A DNA stretch of 63,523 nucleotides, the filler included. It is 5 parts of 5 records of this genome, joined end to end, with 100 filler letters (N's around TTAATTAATTAA, not from the genome) between each part and the next. Parts side by side here need not be neighbours in the genome. Positions count along the whole stretch, not along the records: positions 30,474 to 55,535 come from SRR31156797_9365; positions 55,636 to 63,523 come from SRR31156797_9374; 3 more parts are not named here. One strand, given 5' to 3'. Under the pieces are notes generated by a model. That model was not told the origin of the DNA. It saw nothing but the letters and a program-made list of their open reading frames with translations, and ran no database searches. The number at the start of each line of letters is the position of its first letter. The first letter of the stretch is position 1. Positions 54,441 to 63,523 of this stretch are shown here, piece after piece. A program made the position numbers and the translations under genes.

Positions 54441-54570
54441 GGCAACGATATGACAACAATTAATCAGTTAGTCAATAAGTAAAGAATAATTTATACAAAA
54501 TTAAATACTACCGCACATATTCACTAAACAAAAATGTTTAATGAATGTTTTTGGTGAGCGAGTGGGAGTA
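54441..54570 (+). repeat. attR: arm-type sites plus core
   Basis: GGCAACGATATGACAACA (54441) matches GGCAACGATTTGGCAACA (33953) at 16/18; core at 54560-54570. Confidence 0.75.
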
Positions 54571-54584
54571 ATGACATAAAGATT

Positions 54585-54611
54585 AAAAAGCCTTTGTTTA
54601 AAGGCTTTTTT
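54585..54611 (+). terminator. Hairpin/terminator after attR
   Basis: AAAAAGCCTTT / AAAGGCTTTTT inverted repeat. Confidence 0.7.
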
Positions 54612-54720
54612 GATGTTTTGGGTTGGTTGTGATACTATTTTGATACTAAAACTAAATAAATCCAACAAAATTTGTTATATCAGCTAAGTAAGTATTAAAC
54701 ATAACATTGATCTAATTAGA

Positions 54721-55407
54721 TTAGTTGATACGAATATTTCCTTTACTCTTTTTCTTTTCAATTTTTCTTTTTTGTTTTTTCACCTTAATCATTCCAAAGA
54801 ATTCCTCAAGAAACATATAAGGCTTTCTAAGCTTTCGCTTTATTATTGGAAACAAACCTGGTGATATAAAACATTCTAGAGTTTCAGTTATTTCATTATT
54901 AATTATATGCACATGAGAAATAGCTTCTCTTAAAGAGCATATTGTATTATTATCAATTTCATCAATTAATCTAATATCTGTTAACCCATCAGCACCAAAA
55001 TAGTAGAAGATTTCATGAAAATCAAATACAACTTGTGCAGATAATTCAACTGTTGATGCTTTAAGAAACTTTCTTACAAACTTTCGTTGATTTCTCATTT
55101 GTTCGTTTAGCTGTAAAGCTAACTTTTCAATATGGTCAATATCACCCTTAAATTCAGAAGCATTTCTATTTGCAAAAGAAATTTGAATCTCTAAAGAATT
55201 TATTGCCTTCAATAAGACATTAACATCGTTAAAAAGGTTTTTTATAATTTGATGCTGCATATTATATTTGCTTTGTTTATGCATTGCACCAATATTAATT
55301 GATACAGTAATAATTCCACCTAATACTACACTAGAAACAACTAAAATAAATTCTTTAATAAATGGTGAACTACTGATGATATCTTTTAAATCATTAAATA
55401 TATTCAA
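54721..55407 (-). CDS. Hypothetical protein with N-terminal TM helix
   Basis: 228-aa low-GC ORF, GAGG RBS before TTG; no recognisable family. Confidence 0.65.
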   Translation of the reverse strand: MNIFNDLKDIISSSPFIKEFILVVSSVVLGGIITVSINIGAMHKQSKYNMQHQIIKNLFNDVNVLLKAINSLEIQISFANRNASEFKGDIDHIEKLALQLNEQMRNQRKFVRKFLKASTVELSAQVVFDFHEIFYYFGADGLTDIRLIDEIDNNTICSLREAISHVHIINNEITETLECFISPGLFPIIKRKLRKPYMFLEEFFGMIKVKKQKRKIEKKKSKGNIRIN

Positions 55408-55535
55408 AAATAATACCTCTTATCTGTACTTATATAATATAGTATAGAGATACAGATATATATTATCAAGTTTAATTTGGATGAATATTACTAAAATGAA
55501 AAACTTATACCATTACAGCTATAAATCCATCAAGA

Positions 55536-55635
55536 NNNNNNNNNNNNNNNNNNNNNNNNNNNNNNNNNNNNNNNNNNNNTTAATTAATTAANNNNNNNNN
55601 NNNNNNNNNNNNNNNNNNNNNNNNNNNNNNNNNNN
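55536..55635. other. Artificial contig-joining spacer
   Basis: N-run + TTAATTAATTAA + N-run. Confidence 0.98.
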
Positions 55636-57699
55636 TCTAGTTCCCTATCCAAGTCTGTTTCTTCCAGCCGCAAGCACAGATCGGATAGGGTTTGCAACAG
55701 GGATGTAGAAAAGACAAGCTCCGACATGATCATAGATTCAGTTCCAATTATAGCCCTTTCTGTTGATATTAATGGCAATATTTCTTTTATAAATAAGAGA
55801 ATTCTTGGCCTGACTGGTTATGAGGAAAAGGATATTTCAGGGAAAAAATGGTTTACGACTTTAATTCCGGATGAATTCAGGCCTGAGTTATGTTCATTGT
55901 GGGATTATTTTATTTCAGGTAGTATCACATCGGTTAAAGATCTGGAAATTCCCCTTCAAAAGGCAGATGGTTGCGTAGTAAATGTTGCGTGGAATGCAGT
56001 TCCACTGGCAGATGATGATAACAGCTTTGAAGGCCTTTTAATTACAGGAAAAAACATCACAAGGCTGAAACCTTCACAGGTGAAATTTGAAGAAAACAGT
56101 TCTCTTTTCAGAAAAGTAACAAAACTTTCCCCGTTGTCCGTTGCTTTGCTGGACTCTGACTACAACCCTGGTTATGTGAACCTGAAATTTACAGAAACAT
56201 TTGGCTATACCCTGGAGGATGTTTCCTCTATGGGTGACTGGCGGGAATTTGTCCACTGTTCTCTATCTCAATCCCCTTCTCAAAATAATGTTGTTTACAC
56301 AAATGAATGTAAATTTCTCTGTAAAAATGGCTCAATAAAAGATATTGAATGCAATTTTACATGTATAGATGATGGTCGTATGCTTTTGATTTTCAAAGAC
56401 CTGACTGATGTAAAAGCAGCTCAAAAAGCTTTCAATCTTGATGAATTAAGGCTGGAAGCCCTTCTTGAACTAAACCAGCTTAATGATTCTATTTCAAGTG
56501 ATATCCTTAATTTTTCCCTTGAAAAGGCCGTTGAACTAACAGAAAGCCAGGCAGGATATGTTGGTTTTGTAAATGAGGACAAAAAGACAGTTAGTATGTT
56601 TGCATGGTCTGAGGGTTCAATGAAGGACTGTAAAATTGAAAACATATCAACAGTTTATCATCTTGATTCTATGGGATTATGGGGAGAACCTATCAGGAAA
56701 CGAAAGGCAATTGTGACAAACGATTATTCCAGTGAGCATTCCGGCAAAAAAGGAGTTCCTGATGGGCATGTTGGTATACGAAATCACCTTGGCATTCCTA
56801 TATTTGATAACAACAGGATTGTTATGGTTGCCGGTGTTGGGAACAAAGAAGAGGATTACGATAGTTCTGATATAAGACAGGTAACTCTGCTCATGGAAAG
56901 TACATGGAAGCTTATAACAAGAAAACAGGGCGAGGAAAAAATAAAAAAATATGCCCAGGAGCTTGAACGCAATAATAAAGAACTTGAGTCTCTTGATCGC
57001 ATGAAAGATGAATTCATGGCAAACATTACTCATGAACTAAAAACCCCCCTGATTCCCATCAAAGGATACAGTGAGTTACTTTTTGAAGGTCACCTTGGTT
57101 CCCTTGGGGAAGAACAAAGAAAAAGTGTTAGTGTAATTTTACATAATGCTCAGAGGTTACAGAAGCTTATAGATTCACTCTTATATATGCAAAATATTCG
57201 TACAGGGAATATACAGTATCATCTTGATTCCATTGGAATCGCCGCCTTGCTTGACGGGGTAACTGATGATCTATTGTCTGTCAACAATGGTGATTCTCCT
57301 TCTTTGTATAAAGAATACGACTCTTCTCTTGCCTACGTATGTGGTAATACCACATACCTTGAACAGGTTTTTTCCCACATAATTGAGAATGCTTTTAAAT
57401 TCACTCCCTCTGATGGTTCTGTGACGGTATGTGCCTCACAGGAAAAGAACCGTGTTCATATCGTTGTAAAAGATACTGGTATAGGTATATCCAAAAGTGA
57501 GATGTCCCACATCTTCAAACGATTCTATCAGGTTGATGGCTCACTTACCCGCCGTTATGGTGGTAACGGACTCGGATTATATCTTTGCAAGAGTGTTGTA
57601 GAGGCACATGGAGGTTCCATATGGGCCACAAGTGAAGAAGGCAAGGGTACTGAGTTACATGTTATCCTTCCTGTAGTTGAAGATGAGCAGGCCTGCTGA
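55636..57699 (+). CDS. PAS-PAS-GAF sensor histidine kinase, possibly 5'-truncated
   Basis: Frame open from contig start; PAS and GAF segments; THELKTPL, NAFKFT, DTGIGI, GNGLGL. Confidence 0.92.
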   Translation, partial: SSSLSKSVSSSRKHRSDRVCNRDVEKTSSDMIIDSVPIIALSVDINGNISFINKRILGLTGYEEKDISGKKWFTTLIPDEFRPELCSLWDYFISGSITSVKDLEIPLQKADGCVVNVAWNAVPLADDDNSFEGLLITGKNITRLKPSQVKFEENSSLFRKVTKLSPLSVALLDSDYNPGYVNLKFTETFGYTLEDVSSMGDWREFVHCSLSQSPSQNNVVYTNECKFLCKNGSIKDIECNFTCIDDGRMLLIFKDLTDVKAAQKAFNLDELRLEALLELNQLNDSISSDILNFSLEKAVELTESQAGYVGFVNEDKKTVSMFAWSEGSMKDCKIENISTVYHLDSMGLWGEPIRKRKAIVTNDYSSEHSGKKGVPDGHVGIRNHLGIPIFDNNRIVMVAGVGNKEEDYDSSDIRQVTLLMESTWKLITRKQGEEKIKKYAQELERNNKELESLDRMKDEFMANITHELKTPLIPIKGYSELLFEGHLGSLGEEQRKSVSVILHNAQRLQKLIDSLLYMQNIRTGNIQYHLDSIGIAALLDGVTDDLLSVNNGDSPSLYKEYDSSLAYVCGNTTYLEQVFSHIIENAFKFTPSDGSVTVCASQEKNRVHIVVKDTGIGISKSEMSHIFKRFYQVDGSLTRRYGGNGLGLYLCKSVVEAHGGSIWATSEEGKGTELHVILPVVEDEQAC

Positions 57700-57749
57700 G
57701 GTCTTCAGAGAATCATTTAACAATAATCAATCATATCAGCTATTGTCTC

Positions 57750-59054
57750 ATGAGCAGTGAATATACCAGAATGATAATCGGTATTGATGATACGGATTCC
57801 AGGGAAGGCATGTGTACTACGTATCTTTGTGCGCTTCTTCGGGATGAACTATCATCTTTTACAAAACTCATAGGGGATCCTGTACTTGTTCGTCTGAATC
57901 CTACGATTCCATACAAGACGCGTGGAAATGCATCAGTTGCATTGCTTGTAGAATGTAAGGATCCGGAAAAGGTAGTTGAACATGTTATTGGAAAGGTTGC
58001 TTCTATGTCCCGTCTGGAAAATGAGAATACCAATCCTGGCATTGTATTTATTAAAGACCATCATTTTGAGGAAGTAAAAAACAGGCTAAGTGATTTTTTC
58101 AGGCGTGCTGTCACAGAAGTTATTACAATAGATGAAGCAAAGCAACTGGCCCTTGACCTGGAACTTAATTTTGAGATATTCAAGAATGGCAGGGGACTGA
58201 TAGGAGCTCTTTCTGCATGTGGGGCAATGCTTGATCTGACGTGGGATCATACCTATGAGTATCTTGCCTACAGGGAACAATATATGTGGGGCACCCTTCG
58301 TAATGTTGATGATGAGTCTCTTTTTGAGGCGGACCGGCAAACCTATCCGGATACGTGGGATACAGTGGATCTAAAAAATAATATTACTGTATGTGTGCCA
58401 CACTCCGGGGACCCTGTGCTTTATGGAATAAGAGGTAAAGACGTTTTTTCAGTTGAAAAGGCTGCTTCCTTTGTAATCTCCGAACCTGTGGAGCGTGTTT
58501 GCATCTATCGTACAAACCAGGGCACAGACATGCATTTAATCCCTGCGTCAGGGATACATGAAATAGAGGAGATGCATTCATATATTCTTGAAGGGAATGT
58601 TTGCATGATCCCGGAAACCATTAGGGGTGGGCATACTATATTCCATCTTCAGGATGATTCGGGAGATACTATTGATTGTGCAGCCTTTGAACCTACAAAA
58701 AACTTCAGGGAATTAATACGCAAGCTAATTCCAGGTGACAGAGTCGTTGTTTATGGCAGTGTTACTGAAAAAACGGTAAATATTGAAAAAATAAAGCTTC
58801 TAAAACTTGCTGCAAAATATGAAACCTCTAATCCCCAATGTCCTTCATGTGGAAAGAGGATGAAATCTGCTGGGGCTGGCCAGGGTTACAGGTGCAGGAA
58901 ATGCAGCACCAGTTCTTTAAACACTGAAAAATCAGAAGTAAAAAGGGGCATTGTGCCCGGATTCTATGAGGTGCCTCCCTGTGCCAGAAGACATCTTGCA
59001 AAACAGCTTCTGAGAGTTGAAAAAGATGATGTGTCCGTTTTCCCGGGGAGGTAA
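57750..59054 (+). CDS. tiaS: tRNA(Ile2) agmatinylcytidine synthetase
   Basis: GIDDTDS..GMCTTY, RLNP.IPYKTRGN, PVLYGIRG, TNQGTD.H, C-terminal CP.CG.RMKSAG zinc ribbon. Confidence 0.95.
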   Translation: MSSEYTRMIIGIDDTDSREGMCTTYLCALLRDELSSFTKLIGDPVLVRLNPTIPYKTRGNASVALLVECKDPEKVVEHVIGKVASMSRLENENTNPGIVFIKDHHFEEVKNRLSDFFRRAVTEVITIDEAKQLALDLELNFEIFKNGRGLIGALSACGAMLDLTWDHTYEYLAYREQYMWGTLRNVDDESLFEADRQTYPDTWDTVDLKNNITVCVPHSGDPVLYGIRGKDVFSVEKAASFVISEPVERVCIYRTNQGTDMHLIPASGIHEIEEMHSYILEGNVCMIPETIRGGHTIFHLQDDSGDTIDCAAFEPTKNFRELIRKLIPGDRVVVYGSVTEKTVNIEKIKLLKLAAKYETSNPQCPSCGKRMKSAGAGQGYRCRKCSTSSLNTEKSEVKRGIVPGFYEVPPCARRHLAKQLLRVEKDDVSVFPGR

Positions 59055-59059
59055 TGGTT

Positions 59060-59848
59060 TTAATTACATAATCTCAGGAAATTCATTTCTGCTACAGCAG
59101 GAGCTTTCTGCTTGTGAAGGTTGTTGTTGATGCGTTTAATTACAGAATCTCTCTGGGTGTTTGTAAGTCCAAGTGTGCTCTGTGCAACCTTTGGAGCTTC
59201 TCCTACAAGTAAAAGGCCAAGGAACTGGTCTACCAGTTCATAAGTGATACCAAGTTCTTCCTCGTCTGTCTGGTCTGCCCATAATCGTGCAGATGGTGCT
59301 TTTATGATAATCTCTTCAGGGATGCCCATAAGTGCTGCCATTTCCCGTACTTCTGTTTTATAAAGATCACCTATTGGCTCAATGTCTACGCCACCATCTC
59401 CATATTTTGTGAAATATCCTAAGAGTATCTCAGTTTTGTTACCTGTGCCCATGACAATTCTTGACATCATATTCGCATAATAGTAAAGGATACACATACG
59501 GGTTCTGGCTTTGAGATTGCCGTTTGCATGTGAATTATCAGGATTTGTTTCGGGAATTGCGTCCATGTATCCTGAAAGTATACCGGAGATATCAATGGTT
59601 TTGAATTCTATTCCCAGTCTCTCTGCAACTTCAGTGGCATCCAGCACGTCTTCTGCAGGCGTCAGGTTAAGTTCAGGCATATGTATGCCAAGGACATTTT
59701 CTTTCCCGAGGGCTTCTACCGTCAGGTAAGCTGTGAGTGCGGAGTCTATACCTCCACTGATTCCGACAACAGCACCTGTTACTCCAGCTTCTTTTGCTTT
59801 TTCTCTGATGAAATCGACGATAATATCTTTAGCTTTTTTAATGTCCAT
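59060..59848 (-). CDS. nadE: NH3-dependent NAD+ synthetase
   Basis: SGGIDS, GNLKARTRM, GYFTKYGDG, PSA.LW..QTDE. Confidence 0.96.
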   Translation of the reverse strand: MDIKKAKDIIVDFIREKAKEAGVTGAVVGISGGIDSALTAYLTVEALGKENVLGIHMPELNLTPAEDVLDATEVAERLGIEFKTIDISGILSGYMDAIPETNPDNSHANGNLKARTRMCILYYYANMMSRIVMGTGNKTEILLGYFTKYGDGGVDIEPIGDLYKTEVREMAALMGIPEEIIIKAPSARLWADQTDEEELGITYELVDQFLGLLLVGEAPKVAQSTLGLTNTQRDSVIKRINNNLHKQKAPAVAEMNFLRLCN

Positions 59849-59894
59849 GGTATCAAGCTTCCAGAGCTATAATTAGGACTGTTCTCAATTATAC

Positions 59895-60605
59895 TTATCT
59901 GTTGGCTTTTGGAGGGAGTAGCTTGATACCTTCTCTGGTTATATTGTAATTTATGACATCAAGGGATAGTTCTGTATCTCTCATTTTAGGTATGTACATC
60001 AACCTATCCATCTTTCCGGTATAGGGATTTTTCTCTGTCATTAAGCGTATGGTTCCGTAAGTGGAATATTCAGCTATCCTGTGAGTGAGTTCATGTGCAG
60101 TAGCATCCATTGTTATAATGCCTGTCCATTTCGCTTCCGAGAATATGTAAATAAGGGTTTCAAGTTCATCCCTGAATTCTTTAAGGTCGGCACCAATTGC
60201 AAAAGTACCAATGTTATCAAAGGCAACTATTTCCACATCTTCAGGAACAATATATTTAATATTGTGTGGATCGGTAGCGTTTGTGGTAATGTTTGCGTAT
60301 TTATTTTCTACACTGTCTATTCTCATTTCAAGTACGCTTACTATTGTAAGCTGTTTACTTTCTACGAAGGGTTCAATGTCTAATCCAAGTGATTTTCCGT
60401 GGATTATTATTTTTTCAGGAGTTTCCTCGGTTGCTAGCATTGAGCATTTCTTTCCCTCTTTGCATGCATTGTAAAGGAAATGAATGACAAATATTGTTTT
60501 TCCTGTACCAGTTTCTCCTGTAATAAGGATGGCTTCACCTTCAGGAAAACCTCCCTGTATCTTTTTATCTATCTCTGCTACACCACTGGATATCCTATTT
60601 ATCAT
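59895..60605 (-). CDS. Single-domain KaiC/RAD55 family ATPase, paralog 2
   Basis: SSG..EID....GGFP, GETGTGKT, ATEE, PKMR. Confidence 0.9.
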   Translation of the reverse strand: MINRISSGVAEIDKKIQGGFPEGEAILITGETGTGKTIFVIHFLYNACKEGKKCSMLATEETPEKIIIHGKSLGLDIEPFVESKQLTIVSVLEMRIDSVENKYANITTNATDPHNIKYIVPEDVEIVAFDNIGTFAIGADLKEFRDELETLIYIFSEAKWTGIITMDATAHELTHRIAEYSTYGTIRLMTEKNPYTGKMDRLMYIPKMRDTELSLDVINYNITREGIKLLPPKANR

Positions 60606-60723
60606 CTATATCATATTGAATGTATAAATGTAGCAATATATGCATCTTTACAACAAAGAATGTCAGTTTTTGCTAAGCCTGTAAAAATCGCCATAAATAG
60701 CATACTTGCAACTTCAGCTCTTC

Positions 60724-61431
60724 TTATCTGTTGGGTTTTGGTGGAAGTATTTTGATACCTTCTTCAGTAATATCATAGTTCATAAGGTCAAGAGATATCC
60801 TTGTTCCTCTCATTTTAGGTATGAACATAAACCTCTCCATTTTTCCTGTATATGGATTTTCTTTTGTCACCAGTCTAATTGTTCCATAAGTAGAGTACTC
60901 AGCGATTCTGTGCGTGAGTTCGTGGGCAGTTGCATCCATTATTATCAGAGATGTCTTTTTTTGTTTTGACAGAAGGTAGGTAAGTACCTCTAGTTTGTCC
61001 CTGAAAATTTTAAGGTTTTCCTCTATTGAAAACGTACCAAGGTTGTCAAGCACAACAATGTCGGCATCCTCCTCTATAATATTTGGGAGGTTTTTCAGAT
61101 CATCTATATGTATGCAGGAATCGATATCGTTTTCTTTTACATTGAATGCCCTCATTTCAAGAAAGCGCATAATTGAGAGTTGTTTATTCTCTATAAAGGG
61201 TTCAATATCAAAACCAAGTGCTTTTCCATGAATTATTATTTTTTCAGGTATTTCTTCAGTTGCTATCATTACGCATTTTTTTCCTTCTTTACATGCGCTA
61301 TAAAGAAACTGAATACCAATAATAGTTTTACCGGTCCCAGGTTCCCCCGTTATAAGAATAGATTCCCCTTCGGGGAATCCTCCCTGTAACTTTTTGTCAA
61401 GGTCTATTACTCCACTGGATATCCTTTTCAT
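60724..61431 (-). CDS. Single-domain KaiC/RAD55 family ATPase, paralog 1
   Basis: GEPGTGKT, ATEE, PKMRGT; start at MKRISSG after GGAGG. Confidence 0.9.
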   Translation of the reverse strand: MKRISSGVIDLDKKLQGGFPEGESILITGEPGTGKTIIGIQFLYSACKEGKKCVMIATEEIPEKIIIHGKALGFDIEPFIENKQLSIMRFLEMRAFNVKENDIDSCIHIDDLKNLPNIIEEDADIVVLDNLGTFSIEENLKIFRDKLEVLTYLLSKQKKTSLIIMDATAHELTHRIAEYSTYGTIRLVTKENPYTGKMERFMFIPKMRGTRISLDLMNYDITEEGIKILPPKPNR

Positions 61432-61566
61432 TAATACCCTCCATTTAATGAATGTGTGTAACAATATCTATTAGACATATATATATGAGTATGTATATTT
61501 TGTCGATAGGTCCTATTTACAAGTAACAAAGAATTAATCTATATTCAGGAAGTATCTGCTACTATT

Positions 61567-62046
61567 ATGGAGTACTACATTGCAGATTCCGCAGTTTTTA
61601 TTATGGGAGCAGGAATCGAAGCATACAGGATTATAACAATCCCTTCGGTAATCAATGAACTGAAAAGCAATGAGGCATCCATGCGTTTTGAGCTTGCCCG
61701 TGAGAATGGGGCTCGTGTTGAGATGCCGGATGAGCAGTTTCGTGAAGCTGTAATGAAAGTTGCAAAAGAAACAAGGGATTGCGAAGAGCTTTCAGAAACT
61801 GACGTAGATATACTTGCCAAGGCACTGGAATACAAAGATACTTCTATACTCCTGAGTGATGATTATGCAGTTCAGAATGTTGCCAGGGTTCTCGGGATTG
61901 AAGTTAAGCCGGTTGCCCAGAAAAAGATAAAAGATGTTTTGATCTGGGAAAAGCAATGTACAGGCTGTAGGAAACGTTTTGAAAGCGGTGACATTTGTCC
62001 AGTTTGCGGTTCATCACTGAAGAAAAGGCGTAAAAGAAAAATATAA
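61567..62046 (+). CDS. nob1: NOB1 family PIN endonuclease
   Basis: DSAVFI, LSETD.DILA.A, SDDYAVQNVA, C.GC...CPVCG. Confidence 0.92.
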   Translation: MEYYIADSAVFIMGAGIEAYRIITIPSVINELKSNEASMRFELARENGARVEMPDEQFREAVMKVAKETRDCEELSETDVDILAKALEYKDTSILLSDDYAVQNVARVLGIEVKPVAQKKIKDVLIWEKQCTGCRKRFESGDICPVCGSSLKKRRKRKI

Positions 62047-62104
62047 CATCTCTGATGATATATAACAAATTATTATAGGTTAAACACGAATATGCGGGAT
62101 TCAT

Positions 62105-62716
62105 ATGAAGAATATTGATAAATTAATACAGAAAGCCCTTGAATTGCAGGCAAATGGCCTTGTTACAAGGCAAATTGCCGATGAGCTTAACGTTTCCCGG
62201 GAAACTGTTACGTGGTTGCTGACTCGTTCCAAAAAGGAAGAAGTTTCACCTGCACCCAGGGATATATCTGTAAACTGGAGAAGCATTGGTAAGAGTGCTT
62301 ACAGGACGCGCCATGTTGGAATAGCCATGTGTGATATGATACTTGATACTGTGGGAGATACAGATAGTGATATCGATCTGGTTGTAGGTATAGGTCTTAG
62401 TGGTGTACCCCTTGCAACCTTTATTGCCGATGAACTTGGCACTGACCTGTCAGTTTATCACGCTTACAATGAGCGCGAAGATGGTTCCAGAATGCAGGGC
62501 GCATTCAGCAGGAATTTCTCAGGTATCAAGGGAAAGAAATGTGTGGTAATTGATGACGTAATCACAACCGGTAATACCATGAACGATGTGGTAACACAAC
62601 TTCGAAGCTCTGGTGCAAAGCCTGTTGCTATTGCAGTGCTTGTGGATAAGAGTGGTTCAGAAACTCTGTCTGAAGTACCTGTAAATGCTCTTGTACGTAT
62701 AGTACGCGTGGACTAA
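62105..62716 (+). CDS. gfcR: HTH + orotate phosphoribosyltransferase-like protein (GfcR family)
   Basis: [33 protein letters not shown]-binding loop. Confidence 0.85.
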   Translation: MKNIDKLIQKALELQANGLVTRQIADELNVSRETVTWLLTRSKKEEVSPAPRDISVNWRSIGKSAYRTRHVGIAMCDMILDTVGDTDSDIDLVVGIGLSGVPLATFIADELGTDLSVYHAYNEREDGSRMQGAFSRNFSGIKGKKCVVIDDVITTGNTMNDVVTQLRSSGAKPVAIAVLVDKSGSETLSEVPVNALVRIVRVD

Positions 62717-62757
62717 TTCTGACTCTAAATCACAAAAAAAGAATATTAAAGTAGGAG

Positions 62758-63523
62758 TTATTCAACTCCTACAGATCCTATTTTTTCTACAAGCTTAGAG
62801 AGTACTTCTGAGCGCATACCCTCTACAAATTTGATACTTCCTACCACAAGGTGTCCTCCCCCGCTAACTCCACCGCCTTTTACTTCTTCATGGAGTTCCC
62901 TGACCATTTGCGGTATGTTCATCAGGACACCCCTTGAGCGTATGACTGCAAAGTCAGGTCCGTATCCTATAGTTACGACAGGTTTGTCTTCGTATCTCTT
63001 ACACAATTTGTCGTGGACCTCACCTGATGTCTTTCCGGGTGGTGGGAATGTAAATTTATGAGCATGGTTCTCAACATCGAGCACATTCAGCATAGCTCCA
63101 TTTGGAAGATCCTGTGCCTTCACGTGTGACATACATACATCTATTTGCTCGGCGATCATTTCATTTGCCTGTTCGCAAAGCACGGTGACCAGATTCTTGT
63201 GTATCACATGGTCACCAAAGTCAAGAATATCATCAATAATGCCTTTTCCAGGACTGAACTTAAGCCAGTATGCTGCAAAGTCAAGGGCAAGTGCCATATC
63301 TTTCAGGTTTTGCAGGGTATACCTGTCAGATACAAGTTCTATGTACCTTTTTGCCTCTTCAGCTTCTGAGCGGTCACCAAGAGCAGCCACTGCAGGAAGG
63401 TGATTGATCTCGTTTTCAACGTTGACATTTATCATGCGTGCTACCTCGGTACAGAGCATACCTGCTGTCATACCGAAATCTCCCCCTACGTGTGCCGGGT
63501 TAACATGGGTTAATAGGTATTCA
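62758..63523 (-). CDS. Archaeal DHH/RecJ-like phosphoesterase, C-terminal part
   Basis: TAGML..E.AR, FTFPPPGKTSG..HD, GGGHLVVGSIKF; runs off the window end. Confidence 0.85.
   Translation of the reverse strand, partial: EYLLTHVNPAHVGGDFGMTAGMLCTEVARMINVNVENEINHLPAVAALGDRSEAEEAKRYIELVSDRYTLQNLKDMALALDFAAYWLKFSPGKGIIDDILDFGDHVIHKNLVTVLCEQANEMIAEQIDVCMSHVKAQDLPNGAMLNVLDVENHAHKFTFPPPGKTSGEVHDKLCKRYEDKPVVTIGYGPDFAVIRSRGVLMNIPQMVRELHEEVKGGGVSGGGHLVVGSIKFVEGMRSEVLSKLVEKIGSVGVE

Larger units (their letters stand above)
33882..54570. mobile_element. Integrative mobilizable element inserted at the guaA 3' end (~20.7 kb)
   Basis: GAGTGGGAGTA direct repeat at 33882-33892 and 54560-54570; carries xre, xis, tyrosine int, mobC-like, RepA-type helicase, MobV relaxase, tnpV-like; no T4SS genes. 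Confidence 0.85.

Noticed and set aside
54431-54450. GCAAACCTCCGGCAACGATA reads KPPATI, like a duplicated guaA 3' end
   Set aside because: It is not contiguous with the EWE core 110 nt away and overlaps the arm-type repeat matching 33953-33970. Treated as arm site or coincidence, though an old att scar cannot be excluded.
55636-63523. Pyrrolysine-containing genes in the methanogen contig
   Set aside because: All recognisable genes are continuous without an internal TAG.

Overview
This window is not one genome. Four 100-nt spacers (N-run, TTAATTAATTAA, N-run) at 5066-5165, 10911-11010, 30374-30473 and 55536-55635 join five unrelated contigs. Taxonomy is inferred from gene content and sequence style. 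(1) 1-5065, Arcobacteraceae-like: fabH, hemerythrin-GGDEF, azlCD, LapG-like protease. (2) 5166-10910, Desulfobacterales-like: ActP-type symporter with an enlarged DUF4212-like partner and a TPR protein. (3) 11011-30373, Bacteroidales/Marinilabiliales-like: pyrBI, nfnAB, rpsF-rpsR-rplI, M18 peptidase, frameshifted BspA-type LRR gene. (4) 30474-55535, Clostridia-like: guaB, degV and guaA, then a ~20.7-kb integrative mobilizable element inserted in the guaA 3' end. (5) 55636-63523, Methanosarcinaceae-like archaeon: tiaS, nadE, two KaiC/RAD55 ATPases, nob1, gfcR-like. Most of the interest is in contig 4. The element is bounded by an 11-bp att core repeat (GAGTGGGAGTA) with arm-type repeats, and a second element appears to start in tandem. 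A ~310-nt structured leader lies between a perfect sigmaA promoter and xis-int. Three palindromes bracket parA and parB. The maintenance genes (repA, parA, abiEi/abiEii) are decayed. An intact IS3-flanked glycopolymer locus contains a pyruvyl-transferase + orphan MenD-like ThDP enzyme + SDR triad, which may encode an uncharacterised glycan modification.
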